Positions 29,315 through 38,581 of a stretch of 64,000 nt of DNA are shown piece after piece (positions within the stretch are counted from its first letter, which is position 1; every line of letters begins with the position of its first letter). This stretch comes from Polyangiaceae bacterium (GTDB lineage Bacteria > Myxococcota_A > Polyangia > Polyangiales > Polyangiaceae): assembly GCA_044376115.1 (NCBI GenBank), contig JBILLK010000004.1, positions 320,001 through 384,000 of the forward strand. The letters are read 5' to 3'. The notes under the pieces were generated by a model. It was not told the origin of the DNA. It searched no databases and saw only the letters and a list, made by a program, of their open reading frames with translations. The translations under genes and the position numbers were made by a program.

Positions 29315-30091
29315 ATGGAACACAGAAACCAACGCCTTGCAGAGCTCACCTCCAAAGAGTTTGGTGCGCTGCTCGAGAAAGAGCGGACGCTGGTCGTGCT
29401 GCTCGCGGTCGGCTCGGTTGAGCCGCACGGTCCGCACCTTCCGCTCGCGACCGATACCATCATCAGCGAGGCCGCCATGGTGCGCGCCCAGGCCCGCCTA
29501 CGTGGTCCCAAGCTCGACGTGCTGCTGGCGCCGCCGATCGCGTACGGCGTGACCGAGTTCGCGCGAGGTTTCCCGGGGACGGTGGGCATTCGGCCCGGGA
29601 CGCTCACAACCCTGCTGGAGGACGTGGTTGGCAGCCTGCTTTCGGCAGGAGCCAGTCACGTGTGCATCGTGAACAACCACCTCGAGCCGGAGCACGACAA
29701 GGCGGTGCGCGCAGTGGTGCCGCTGTTCAATGACGGTCGCGTCGCCGTCGCCTGCCCGCTCACGCGACGGCATGCGCGCACGCTCTCGGCCGAGTTCAAA
29801 TCGGGCGCTTGTCACGCGGGCAGCTACGAGACGTCGATCGTGATGGCGGCAGAGCCTGGGTTGGTTCGCGACGATAAACGGTTGAAGCTAGCCGAGGTGC
29901 CGGTCTCGCTCTCGGAAGGCATCGGGCGCGGGGAGAGCACCTTCATCGAGATGGGCATGAAGGACGCCTACGCAGGCGCGCCAGCGGCGGCGACGGCCGA
30001 GCACGGCGACGAGCAGCTCGAGCTGCTGGCCAGCATGATCGAGATCGAGGTCCGTGAAGGGCTGGCCAAGGTGGCGGTGCAGGCGCGCTAG
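29315..30091 (+). CDS. Creatininase-family amidohydrolase
   Basis: GSVEPHGPHLPLATD, FPGT, NNH, CHAGSYETS. Confidence 0.88.
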   Translation: MEHRNQRLAELTSKEFGALLEKERTLVVLLAVGSVEPHGPHLPLATDTIISEAAMVRAQARLRGPKLDVLLAPPIAYGVTEFARGFPGTVGIRPGTLTTLLEDVVGSLLSAGASHVCIVNNHLEPEHDKAVRAVVPLFNDGRVAVACPLTRRHARTLSAEFKSGACHAGSYETSIVMAAEPGLVRDDKRLKLAEVPVSLSEGIGRGESTFIEMGMKDAYAGAPAAATAEHGDEQLELLASMIEIEVREGLAKVAVQAR

Positions 30092-30843
30092 CTCTCGACC
30101 ACAGCGTCTGAAGCGAGCAGGGCTTCATCGATCGTTTGCCAAAGGCTGGTGGCCGCTTGAGCCAGCTCGGGTCGCGCGCCGAACCCCGTCAACAGCGCCG
30201 TGAAGGTCGTGGCGAGCAGCGCCTTGGCCGAGTACTCCGGCGCCGAGAAGCGATCCCGCGTGCGGAACTGGTTCATGCCGAACATCGCCCCCCACAAAAC
30301 AAAGGCGCGTTGCGCTGGATCAGCAGGCTGAAACACGCCCAACTTTTCGAGCTGGCTAAGCGAGCTAATGACCCGCATGAGCAGCGGCCCGACGGCGCGA
30401 TCGAGTTCTTTCGCGCCGTCGAGCGAGAGCACCGGCGAGACGTCGGCGTGCACGGCATTGAGCAGCGCATGATGCTCGAAGTTGCGTTCGCCCAAACGGG
30501 TGTAAACCGTGAGCAAGACGAGCAGCTCGGCCAGGCTGCAGACCAGCGGCCAGTCCTTGGCGTTGGCTTTACCCGGTTGCGCGTTTACCTGGGCGACCAC
30601 CACGCGCGAACGCTCGAGATCCTCGAGCTGGCGTTGATCGAGCTGGGCGAGGATGGCCGAAGCGACAGCCTGAATCATCGCCTCTTTGCTCGGATAATAG
30701 CGGTAAAGGCCGCCAACCGAGGCCTCCACGTCTTTGGCGACGCGCTGGATGGTCAACGCCGAAAGCCCCTCCTGGGCGACAATCTTGAGCGCAGCCCGTT
30801 GCACGTCCTCGCGCCGCGATGCCCTTCGTTGCTCTCGTTTCAT
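30088..30843 (-). CDS. TetR/AcrR-family transcriptional regulator
   Basis: N-terminal HTH: G...LTIQRVAKDV.ASVGGLYRYYPSKE. Confidence 0.9.
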   Translation of the reverse strand: MKREQRRASRREDVQRAALKIVAQEGLSALTIQRVAKDVEASVGGLYRYYPSKEAMIQAVASAILAQLDQRQLEDLERSRVVVAQVNAQPGKANAKDWPLVCSLAELLVLLTVYTRLGERNFEHHALLNAVHADVSPVLSLDGAKELDRAVGPLLMRVISSLSQLEKLGVFQPADPAQRAFVLWGAMFGMNQFRTRDRFSAPEYSAKALLATTFTALLTGFGARPELAQAATSLWQTIDEALLASDAVVES

Positions 30844-30883
30844 ACGCTCGGCCCGCTCATCGAAGTGCAGTGCAGCCTTTGCA

Positions 30884-31774
30884 TCAAGGCGAGTTTGACA
30901 CCACTTCGGCCTGCGTTGGAACTACCAAAGCGCGCGACCAGCGCAGCTCGAGCACGTGCGTGAGGGCGGCGCCGAAAAAGAAGACGTGTGCCGAATAGTA
31001 GGTCCAAAGCAGCAGTAGGACGACGCTGGTGGCCGCTCCGAACACACTTTCAACGGCCTTATGCGCGATGTAGCCGCCTACGAGCGCGGCTCCAAAGGTG
31101 AACAGCACAGCCGTCACGACCCCGCCGACGGCCGCAACGCGAAGCCGGATTTTTGTGCTGGGGACCACGCGAAACATCACCGCGAAGAGCAGACCGGTGG
31201 CAACGAAGGACACGGCGTACTCAAGCCAACGGTGGATCGGCGTGACACCGAAGGCTGCCTCGAATTCGCGCAGTGTCTCCAGCACCGTGTGGCCGAAGAC
31301 CAAGCAGACCAGCATGATGCCCACGAACACCACCAGCAGAAAGGAGAACAGCCGCCGCACCAGGAAGGTCTTGGCGCGGTCGCGAAAGGTCGAGTTCGCC
31401 ATCGGGTCGATCGACCACAAAAGGTCGAACGCTCGGTTGAGGGTCGAGAACAACCGGGTCGAGCCGTACACGAGGATGACGAAGCCGAGCACGCTGGCCT
31501 CGGTGTCGCGCGAGCTCGTCCTACCGAGCCACTCAGCGATATTCTGAGCCCCGACCTCACCGACCCAGTGAGCCAGATGCGAATAGAGCGTGCGCCGCGC
31601 CGCGGCTTCACCGGTGATCAGCGCCGCCACCTTCAGCGACAAAACCAAAAGCGGCACCACCGAGAGGATGGCGCTGAAGGCGAGCGCGCCAGAGAGCACG
31701 CGGCCACCCCGGACCGAGAAGATCCGGAAGGCCTCTTGAACGACGAGGCGTACTTCAGCGAAGACTTCGCGCAC
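30884..31774 (-). CDS. YihY/BrkB-family membrane protein
   Basis: GALAFSAILS..PLL, F..L..AF..LW, SVFGAA.SVVLLLLW.YYSA.VFFFGA; GTG 31774 chosen as start. Confidence 0.85.
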   Translation of the reverse strand: MREVFAEVRLVVQEAFRIFSVRGGRVLSGALAFSAILSVVPLLVLSLKVAALITGEAAARRTLYSHLAHWVGEVGAQNIAEWLGRTSSRDTEASVLGFVILVYGSTRLFSTLNRAFDLLWSIDPMANSTFRDRAKTFLVRRLFSFLLVVFVGIMLVCLVFGHTVLETLREFEAAFGVTPIHRWLEYAVSFVATGLLFAVMFRVVPSTKIRLRVAAVGGVVTAVLFTFGAALVGGYIAHKAVESVFGAATSVVLLLLWTYYSAHVFFFGAALTHVLELRWSRALVVPTQAEVVSNSP

Positions 31775-31899
31775 GCGACGCGCATCATGGCACGCTCGAG
31801 TGCATCGCGATCGTCCTTTACAGCGTAGCCAAAGACCTTTTGCGCGCCGAGATTCCCATGGAATGGCTGGCCATCTCAGTGTCTGCTGCAGGCTGACGC

Positions 31900-32748
31900 A
31901 TGTATCAAGGCCACCCATTCCGCAGCGGCGTCCGCACGATCCTCGAGTCCAGCCCGCCGCCATCGCTGCGAGCCCCGGTCGTCGGAGTGAAGCTCACGCC
32001 CGATCCCCTGCATCACCGCGCGCGCCCCAAGCTGCCGGAGCTCGAATCTCTGCTCGCCTCCGTGAACCCAAGCACCGTCCGCTTGGTCGAGATCGATCCA
32101 GCCTCGCAGCTCGACCGCGTCCCGCGCGCAGTGGCGAACTTCAGCGGACTCGCGTTCGCGCACGTCTCCGGCCGTAGGCTTCGTGACTATGAGGCGCTCA
32201 GCGGGCTGCGTGAGATCAAGAGCCTCTTCGTGATCGGATACCGCGAGCCGACGCTCTGGCCGATGACAGTCCGCGCGCTCGAGAGCTTTCGCACAATCGG
32301 CGACAGCCTCGCGTCGTGCTCGCTCTCCTCCCAGCGCTTGTGGTTTCAGCGGTCGAAGCTGCGGCGCTTCGATGGAGGAGCCGTCGAAGAGCTCCGCCTG
32401 GAGAACTGTCGCTCGCTCGACCATAGCTCGATTCCAACGCTCGTGGGTCTCCGGCATCTGCTGCTCATGGGTCAGCCCTTTTCGAGCCTGGACTTCCTCG
32501 CCGCGTGTCCAGCGCTTCGGGAACTGGAGATCTACTCGCCGCCGAAAGAAGCGGACCTCGGGGAGCTCAAACGGACAAAGACGATCGAACGCGTGACCCT
32601 CTCGACACACGACAGGCTCGTCGAGGAAATTGGCCGGGCGAACCCTCGCCTCGCGATCTCGAGCGGCTCGGTCTGCTTCGTCGGGGGCAAGCCCGCCCGA
32701 CACTTCGGCGACTTCTATCCCGACAAGTTGCCATCGGCTTCCCGGTAA
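31900..32748 (+). CDS. Leucine-rich-repeat-like protein
   Basis: Repeated LxxLxL units (LSGLREIKSLFV, VEELRLENCRSL, LVGLRHLLL, CPALRELEI). Confidence 0.55.
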   Translation: MYQGHPFRSGVRTILESSPPPSLRAPVVGVKLTPDPLHHRARPKLPELESLLASVNPSTVRLVEIDPASQLDRVPRAVANFSGLAFAHVSGRRLRDYEALSGLREIKSLFVIGYREPTLWPMTVRALESFRTIGDSLASCSLSSQRLWFQRSKLRRFDGGAVEELRLENCRSLDHSSIPTLVGLRHLLLMGQPFSSLDFLAACPALRELEIYSPPKEADLGELKRTKTIERVTLSTHDRLVEEIGRANPRLAISSGSVCFVGGKPARHFGDFYPDKLPSASR

Positions 32749-32800
32749 CCAACTACGTCAACGTCGTGTCCACCCCCGATCGCCTTGCTCGAGCATCCGT

Positions 32801-34498
32801 TCAAGGATGCGTGTAAACGACGGTTCCGCGCTTGAGTGAAAGCGCGCCGTGCCAACCCTTGGGGACGTCGGGCGTGGTGAATTGGAAGAGCCAGGCGGCG
32901 TCGGTGGGCGCCAAGTTCACGCAGCCGTGGCTGCGCGGGGTGCCGAAGTCGTCGTGCCAATAGGCTGCGTGGAGCGCATAGCCCTCGTTGAAGTATTGGA
33001 CGAATGGCACGTCGCGCAGATCGAACTCATCGCCGGTCTCATCGCCGTCCATGGTGGTGGTGATGTGCTTTGTGTGAATCAGGAAGGCGCCTTGCACCGT
33101 AGCGTGGGTGGTCTTGGGATCACCGAGGCCGCCGGCTCCGGTCGAGACCAAGGTCACGTAGATCGGCTTCTGGCCCTCGTAGGCGACCAGCGATTGCTCG
33201 AGGATGGATACGTCGAGCCAACGTTTGCCTTCGCGCGCCCAGACCGGCGCCCGCGTCATCGCGCCCACGACTCGCAGATCTTGCTCGCGCACCCAGCTGC
33301 CGTCTTTGGCCTCGCGATAACCACCCTCTCGGCGATCGGTGAGGGCGATCGCCTCGCGGTAGCTGGTCGCGGTGGACTCGGTCATACGACCGCGCTCGTC
33401 GCGGGAGTAGCGGTGCGCCTTCTTCTTCATCACGAAGCCGACGGGCAGCGTGGTTTGCTCGTCGAGCGCCAGACCGTGGAAGGTCGACGGTTGAATCCAA
33501 CGTGTGCGATCGAGCGGGATCAGCCGCAGTTCGGTGGTAACGCCGAACTGGCGCCCCTCGTCCTCGAACTGCCCAACCAGCGCGAAGCCCGAGCGCACGC
33601 CGGCTCGCCCCAACACCAATGCGTCGGTCGCCGGCTCATCGTTGAAGCGCGGCAGCGAGCGCCCATACAAAAGGGCGTCGTGCATCGGGCCTGGCTCCGG
33701 CGGCGCAACGAAGGAGGGATCGCGCGCGAGCGACTTCACCTTCTTGAGGTGGTGAGAAAGATCGGGCTCTTCGCGTGCCTGCTCCTCACGCGTCGGTACG
33801 CGGCTATACATCGGTGGCCCGGGAATCCGGCCCATCACGTAGTCGTACGGGATGCCGTCGAGCTTGGGGCGCACATCGAGCGCCTCCACCACCGGATGGT
33901 AAGGATTGAGGCTCGCCGTTCGCCCTAAACAGACGAAGCCGGTGCCCGCCCCTTTGGGCTCTTCTTCTTTGTCCGCAGCGCCAACGCGATACCAACCACC
34001 TTTACAGCCGGCCGTTCCCACCGGCTCGACCGAACGCGGCACCACGGCTCCGCCGCGCAGATAGCCGATGCGTCGCGCTCGCGGTTTGGGCTCAGCGTAG
34101 ATCCAGGTTTCGTGGGCGATGCTCGCGAGCCGCGGGCGCTCTCTAGCCACGTTGGCGCGCTCATCGGAAAGACGAGCCTCCGCTCCTTCTTCCTCCGCAT
34201 CCTCGTCGACGGCGCCGTTGGAGGAGGAGCCGCGCACGAGCGACTCTTCGGCTGCGGCTGGTTCCACCGCGGCAACGTTGGCGGCCTCCCCCGGAGCCAA
34301 TTCCGTCGGCTCCTCCGGCTCCTCGACCACGAGTTGCGCCTCGAGCTCGCGCAGGATGGCCTCGCGCAGGCCGGGACTTTCGCGAAGGATGATGGGCGCG
34401 AGCCGTTTGCTCTCGAGCAGAGATCCAAACTTCGACTTCTCGCAGCTCGTCGATAGGAGCCCAAGAACACCGAGACCGAGCGCAAAGGCACCGCGCAT
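32801..34498 (-). CDS. L,D-transpeptidase (YkuD domain) lipoprotein
   Basis: C-terminal QSLVAYEG..PIY.TLVSTG, ALHAAYWHDDFGTPRSHGCVNL; N-terminal lipobox-like STSC. Confidence 0.9.
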   Translation of the reverse strand: MRGAFALGLGVLGLLSTSCEKSKFGSLLESKRLAPIILRESPGLREAILRELEAQLVVEEPEEPTELAPGEAANVAAVEPAAAEESLVRGSSSNGAVDEDAEEEGAEARLSDERANVARERPRLASIAHETWIYAEPKPRARRIGYLRGGAVVPRSVEPVGTAGCKGGWYRVGAADKEEEPKGAGTGFVCLGRTASLNPYHPVVEALDVRPKLDGIPYDYVMGRIPGPPMYSRVPTREEQAREEPDLSHHLKKVKSLARDPSFVAPPEPGPMHDALLYGRSLPRFNDEPATDALVLGRAGVRSGFALVGQFEDEGRQFGVTTELRLIPLDRTRWIQPSTFHGLALDEQTTLPVGFVMKKKAHRYSRDERGRMTESTATSYREAIALTDRREGGYREAKDGSWVREQDLRVVGAMTRAPVWAREGKRWLDVSILEQSLVAYEGQKPIYVTLVSTGAGGLGDPKTTHATVQGAFLIHTKHITTTMDGDETGDEFDLRDVPFVQYFNEGYALHAAYWHDDFGTPRSHGCVNLAPTDAAWLFQFTTPDVPKGWHGALSLKRGTVVYTHP

Positions 34499-34597
34499 GG
34501 AAGGGCCGTTAGCATCGACAAAGCGGCTGGGCCAAGCTTTGGCCCCTGCGCGCTTATTGAAGTTGGAGGCGCTCGGCCTCCTTCGTAAACTCGGGCG

Positions 34598-35017
34598 ATG
34601 ACGGAGCGAACGCCTGAGGCGCTACCCATTGCACTGGTTGGTCTCGATGGTCACGTCGTCGGTCTCGATCGACGCACCGGCCAGATCCTCTGGAAAAACG
34701 GCCTCATTGGTGGCCTGGACAAGGAGGTCGAGCTCGCCTGTTACGGCAACTATGTCTTCGCGTCGGCCTCCGGGCCCAAGCTCTTTGCGCTCGACTACTT
34801 CACCGGCGAACAGATTTGGGCGGTGCCCACCTCGGGCTCCGGTCGAGCCGCCTTGGTGGTCGAGCCCGACATGGTGATGTGCGCGAAAGAAGGCGCGATC
34901 GACTGTTACAACTTCGCGGGGCAACGGCTGTGGAGCCAAGCCCTGCGCGGGCTCGGTACCGGCAAGATCGCGATGGGCTTCCCCGGGAACCTGCGCCAAG
35001 CCGACGAAGGGAGCTAG
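34598..35017 (+). CDS. Small PQQ-like beta-propeller repeat protein
   Basis: Three LDxxTGxxxW-type repeats (LDRRTGQILW, LDYFTGEQIW, YNFAGQRLW). Confidence 0.75.
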   Translation: MTERTPEALPIALVGLDGHVVGLDRRTGQILWKNGLIGGLDKEVELACYGNYVFASASGPKLFALDYFTGEQIWAVPTSGSGRAALVVEPDMVMCAKEGAIDCYNFAGQRLWSQALRGLGTGKIAMGFPGNLRQADEGS

Positions 35018-36381
35018 AGCGGCCGCGCGCGCAACTTGGCGCGGTAGGGCTCCTGATACTTGTTGTGGCAGCCAGCACAGGCTGCACGCGCATCGACAAT
35101 ATCTTCGGCATCGGCAGCGGCCAGACCTGCTTGCACGAAGCCGGACCAGGAGGAGAACTCACCGCCTGGAGCGAAGCCGCCGATGCGAGTGAACGCCTTG
35201 CGTAGCTTGCCGAAGTCTTGTGCGTCGAGCGCGGGGCTCGCGACGCCGCGCATGAAGTCACGCAGCGGAAAGCTCTGCGGCTTCGCCGGCTCGGCCGTCG
35301 GCTCGGCGACGACCTCGTGGGCGTTTGGAGCCTTGCTTGCGTCATCCGCTCCAAGCTCGCCACCCAGCGCACCGAACCAAACGGCGATCGAAGCCACCTC
35401 AGCCTCCTCTAGCTGAATTCCGAGTTGGTGTTTGCCCATCTTGCGGATGGCATCCTCGATGGTCGGACTCGAGCCATCGTGAAAGTACGGCGCCGTAGCA
35501 AGCACGTTACGCAGCGTCGGCACCTTGAAGACCATGCGGTCAGCCTCTTGTTTGCTCACGCCGAAGCGCCCTTGATCCTCCTGATTGGGCCAGGGCTCGA
35601 CCACACCAACGCGCTCGAAGGTGCTGCCGCCGAGCAGGCTTCCGGTGTGACAGACCATGCAACCGACGTCCAAGAAGGTCTTTAGACCTTTGCGCTCCTC
35701 CGCGCTGAGCGCCTCCTCGTCCCCCTCGAGGAAATCGTCCCAACGGCCGCGCGTCGAAAGCGTTCTCTCAAAGGCCGCGATGGCTTGGGTTGCGTTCGCG
35801 AAGGTGATCGGCTCGGCCGCGCGCGGAAAGGCCGCAACGAAGGGCGCACGATAGGAGGCATCGGCGCGCAGGACGCGCTCGACCGCCTCTTCGTTCGGCA
35901 TCGCCATCTCGATCGGGTTGAGGATCGGCCCGCCCGCCTGCTCTTCGACGCTGGCCGCCCGGCCATCCCAGAATTGACGGAAGTTGCCGGCCGCGTTGAG
36001 CACGGTGGGAGAATTGCGACCACCACGCTGACCGCCGACGCCCAGGCTGGTGGGCTGGCCATCGGTACCGCCACGCGCGAGGTCGTGACAACTTGCGCAG
36101 GCGACGGTGCCGTCGGCCGAGAGCTGCTTGTCGTGATAGAGCCGTTTGCCGAGATCGACCAGCGGCTTGCTCAGCTCCAAGCCGGCCTTGCGAAAGCTCG
36201 CTGGTAAGGGGCGGAAGCGCGCCAACATGCGCGGGTTGATCGAAGCCGCCGCCGTACCTCCCTCCTTCACGGTGGTCCCGTCGTGCGAGGGACTCCAATC
36301 GAAGAGGTCGGTCTCACTCTCGGTGATGCAGGCCGATCCCACGGCGAGTGAGATCGCAGTCAGAAGCCACTCAGTGCGCAT
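35014..36381 (-). CDS. Cytochrome c peroxidase (CcpA/MauG family) with extra C-terminal heme domain
   Basis: CASCH, RNSPTVLNA, QFWDGRA, PIEM, CMVCH, FKVPTLRN...TAPYFHDGS; third CAGCH near the C-terminus; lipoprotein-like signal from ATG 36381. Confidence 0.9.
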   Translation of the reverse strand: MRTEWLLTAISLAVGSACITESETDLFDWSPSHDGTTVKEGGTAAASINPRMLARFRPLPASFRKAGLELSKPLVDLGKRLYHDKQLSADGTVACASCHDLARGGTDGQPTSLGVGGQRGGRNSPTVLNAAGNFRQFWDGRAASVEEQAGGPILNPIEMAMPNEEAVERVLRADASYRAPFVAAFPRAAEPITFANATQAIAAFERTLSTRGRWDDFLEGDEEALSAEERKGLKTFLDVGCMVCHTGSLLGGSTFERVGVVEPWPNQEDQGRFGVSKQEADRMVFKVPTLRNVLATAPYFHDGSSPTIEDAIRKMGKHQLGIQLEEAEVASIAVWFGALGGELGADDASKAPNAHEVVAEPTAEPAKPQSFPLRDFMRGVASPALDAQDFGKLRKAFTRIGGFAPGGEFSSWSGFVQAGLAAADAEDIVDARAACAGCHNKYQEPYRAKLRARPL

Positions 36382-38539
36382 AGTGATCTCGCGGCGGGGG
36401 ACGGGTGGTGATTCGGTCTTGGAGGTCTGCAAACTCGGGCGCAAAACTGAAGCGGAAGGCGGTGCCTCGGCCGGGCTCGGATTCGAGCGTGATCGAGCCA
36501 CCGAGCGACTCGACGGCGGCTTTGACGGCGCCCATCCCCTCCCCGCGGCCACTCATCGAGTCGGCGCTCTCCCGCGTGCTCACACCGTCGGCGAACAGCG
36601 CCATCACCAGCTCCTTCTGCGAATGAGCCGACATTCCGCGCTGCGTGGCGACCTCGCGCAGACGCTCCCAGTCGATGCCGCGCCCATCATCGATGGCCTC
36701 GACCACCAAGGCCTCGGCGCTCAGCTTGGTCCGAAGGCGCAGACTGGGTGCGGGCGGTTTCCCGGACGCCAGACGCTCGTCGGCTGGCTCGAAGGCATGA
36801 CTGAAGGCGTTGCGGACCACATGCGGGAAGGACGTCCAAAAGGGCTTCAGCGCGTCGCTATCGAGCTTGAGACCACCGTCATCGACCACGATGTCGACGT
36901 CGCCAGCGCCGGTCCGTACGGCCAACGCCCGCGCTTGCTCGGCGATGCGCCCGAGCCGACGGGAGGACGGCTCGCGCTCAAACAGCCGGATCCGACGTTG
37001 CAAACGCTCGCGAGACTCGCCCGCGTCGATCGCAAAGGCCAGGCGACGTAGCTCGCGACGATCCACCTCCAGCTTCTGCTCGGAGCCGCGCCCCATCACC
37101 GAGAGCACCTTATGGATGGTCGCCCACGCAGCCGAGAGCTGCTCCTTGTGCGCAAGGTTCAACATCTCACCGCTCTCCGCGAGGTAGCTCTCGAGTTCGT
37201 GGCAAACCGAGACCACCCGCTCCAAACCGAACATCCCTGCGCTGCCCTTGAGGGTATGCAAGTCGCGCTTGAGCTTCGGATCTACGAAGGCGGCCGCGTT
37301 GATGCTTTCGATCAGGCGTCCAGCCTCGTTGACGAACTCGAGGAAGCCTTCGCGATCGTTCGACAGATGATGCAGCGCCGAGGCTAGCTCACGCGACGCC
37401 ATCTCGGCCGACGAACGCGCGTACTCATCGGACGCGTCTTCCACCACCAGCAACATGCGCCCGAGCTCGTCGTTCTCGATCGGGACCAGCGTGGTCCGCA
37501 GCACCTTCTCGCCGAGATGCAGCGTGCGCGGGAACTGCTCGAGACAGACCTCGAGCGGCATGAAGCCGTCTGCGATCTGCTCCCAACCGAGCTGGTAGTT
37601 GCCCGCCACGGTTTCAGCGCTGGGCGCGAGATACTCCCAGAACGGCTGGCCCACCTTCAGCTCGCCAAACCACTGCACCACGGCGCGTGAGTGCTCCGAA
37701 CCGAGCGTACCATCGGGGTGCACGATCAATAGACCCTGGGACACATTGTCGAGCACCAGTTGGTTCTCGCGCTGTCGTTGCTCGAGCTTCTGGGTGCGCT
37801 CGCGCACGAGGCCGTCCAAGCGCTCGAGTTCAGTGCGGCTCTGCTCCTCACGCTCGGCGATCAGCGTGCGCAACTGCTGCAACATGCGCGCGAAGGCGTC
37901 GTGCAAACGACCCACCTCGTCGCGTTGCGAGTTTGCAGGCAGGTTGCGTTCGAGATCCCCCGCGGCTACCTCCTCGGCGACCCGCGTGAGCGCGCCAATC
38001 CGCGAAACCAGCGGCCGCGCGACCAACAGCGCGCCGAACAGACCCAGTAGCAGCGAGACCGCCAAAGCTCCTGCGGCGAGCTTCATCGTCTCACTGCGCG
38101 CAGCTAGCTGACGCTCGCGGCTGAGCTGGAACTGCAACCAGCCGCGAGCACCCTCGCGCGCCACGATCGGGACCACCACCGTAACCGAGCTGGCAGCGCG
38201 AACCACGCGCACCTTGTCCGGGTGATCCTTGGGCGCCTCGAAGGCAGCACCGAACGTATGTACGACGCGTCCGTCGGCGTGCGCGACGGTCGCCGCAACC
38301 ACCTCGGTGTCGCGCGCCAGCCCGTCGACGATCTCTTTGGCTGTCGAGTGGTCGTCAAAAGCGATGGCTGGCTCGAGCTGGGTGGACGATTGGCGCGCGT
38401 ACGCCACCGCCTTATCGACTTAAGCGGCGTCGATGCTGGCGAGTTGGCGTGGCAGCAGGATGGCGACGAGCACGCTCGCAACCACGAGCATCGAAAGAGC
38501 TACGACCCCGAGTAGCTTCGACAGGACGGACGATCGCAT
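36371..38539 (-). pseudogene. Membrane sensor kinase (TM-sensor-TM-HAMP-PAS-like-Hpt-HATPase, CheA-like) with in-frame TAA at codon 40
   Basis: ATG 38539 gives MRSSVLSKLLGVVALSMLVVASVLVAILLPRQLASIDAA*VDKAVAYARQ (TAA at 38420-38422). HAMP (RDEVGRL..AF..M), Hpt RDLHTLKGSAG, RNAFSH, DDGRG, GRGEGM. Confidence 0.75.
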
Positions 38540-38546
38540 ACGTTAG

Positions 38547-38561
38547 GTGACTTAATGTCAC
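38547..38561. promoter_or_regulatory. Palindromic operator-like site upstream of the kinase
   Basis: GTGAC-TTAAT-GTCAC, adjoined by palindrome CGGTGCACCG (38561-38570), in the 42-bp meaB-kinase gap. Confidence 0.35.
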
Positions 38562-38581
38562 GGTGCACCGCACGCTAAAGG

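Noticed and set aside
29315..30091. Creatininase as MftE-like RiPP peptidase (mycofactocin-type cluster)
   Set aside because: No radical SAM, PqqD/RRE or precursor peptide gene nearby; context is aryl-CoA metabolism.
31786..31804. TGGCAC...TGCA as a sigma54 promoter for the LRR gene
   Set aside because: GG-to-GC spacing is 11 nt rather than the required 10.
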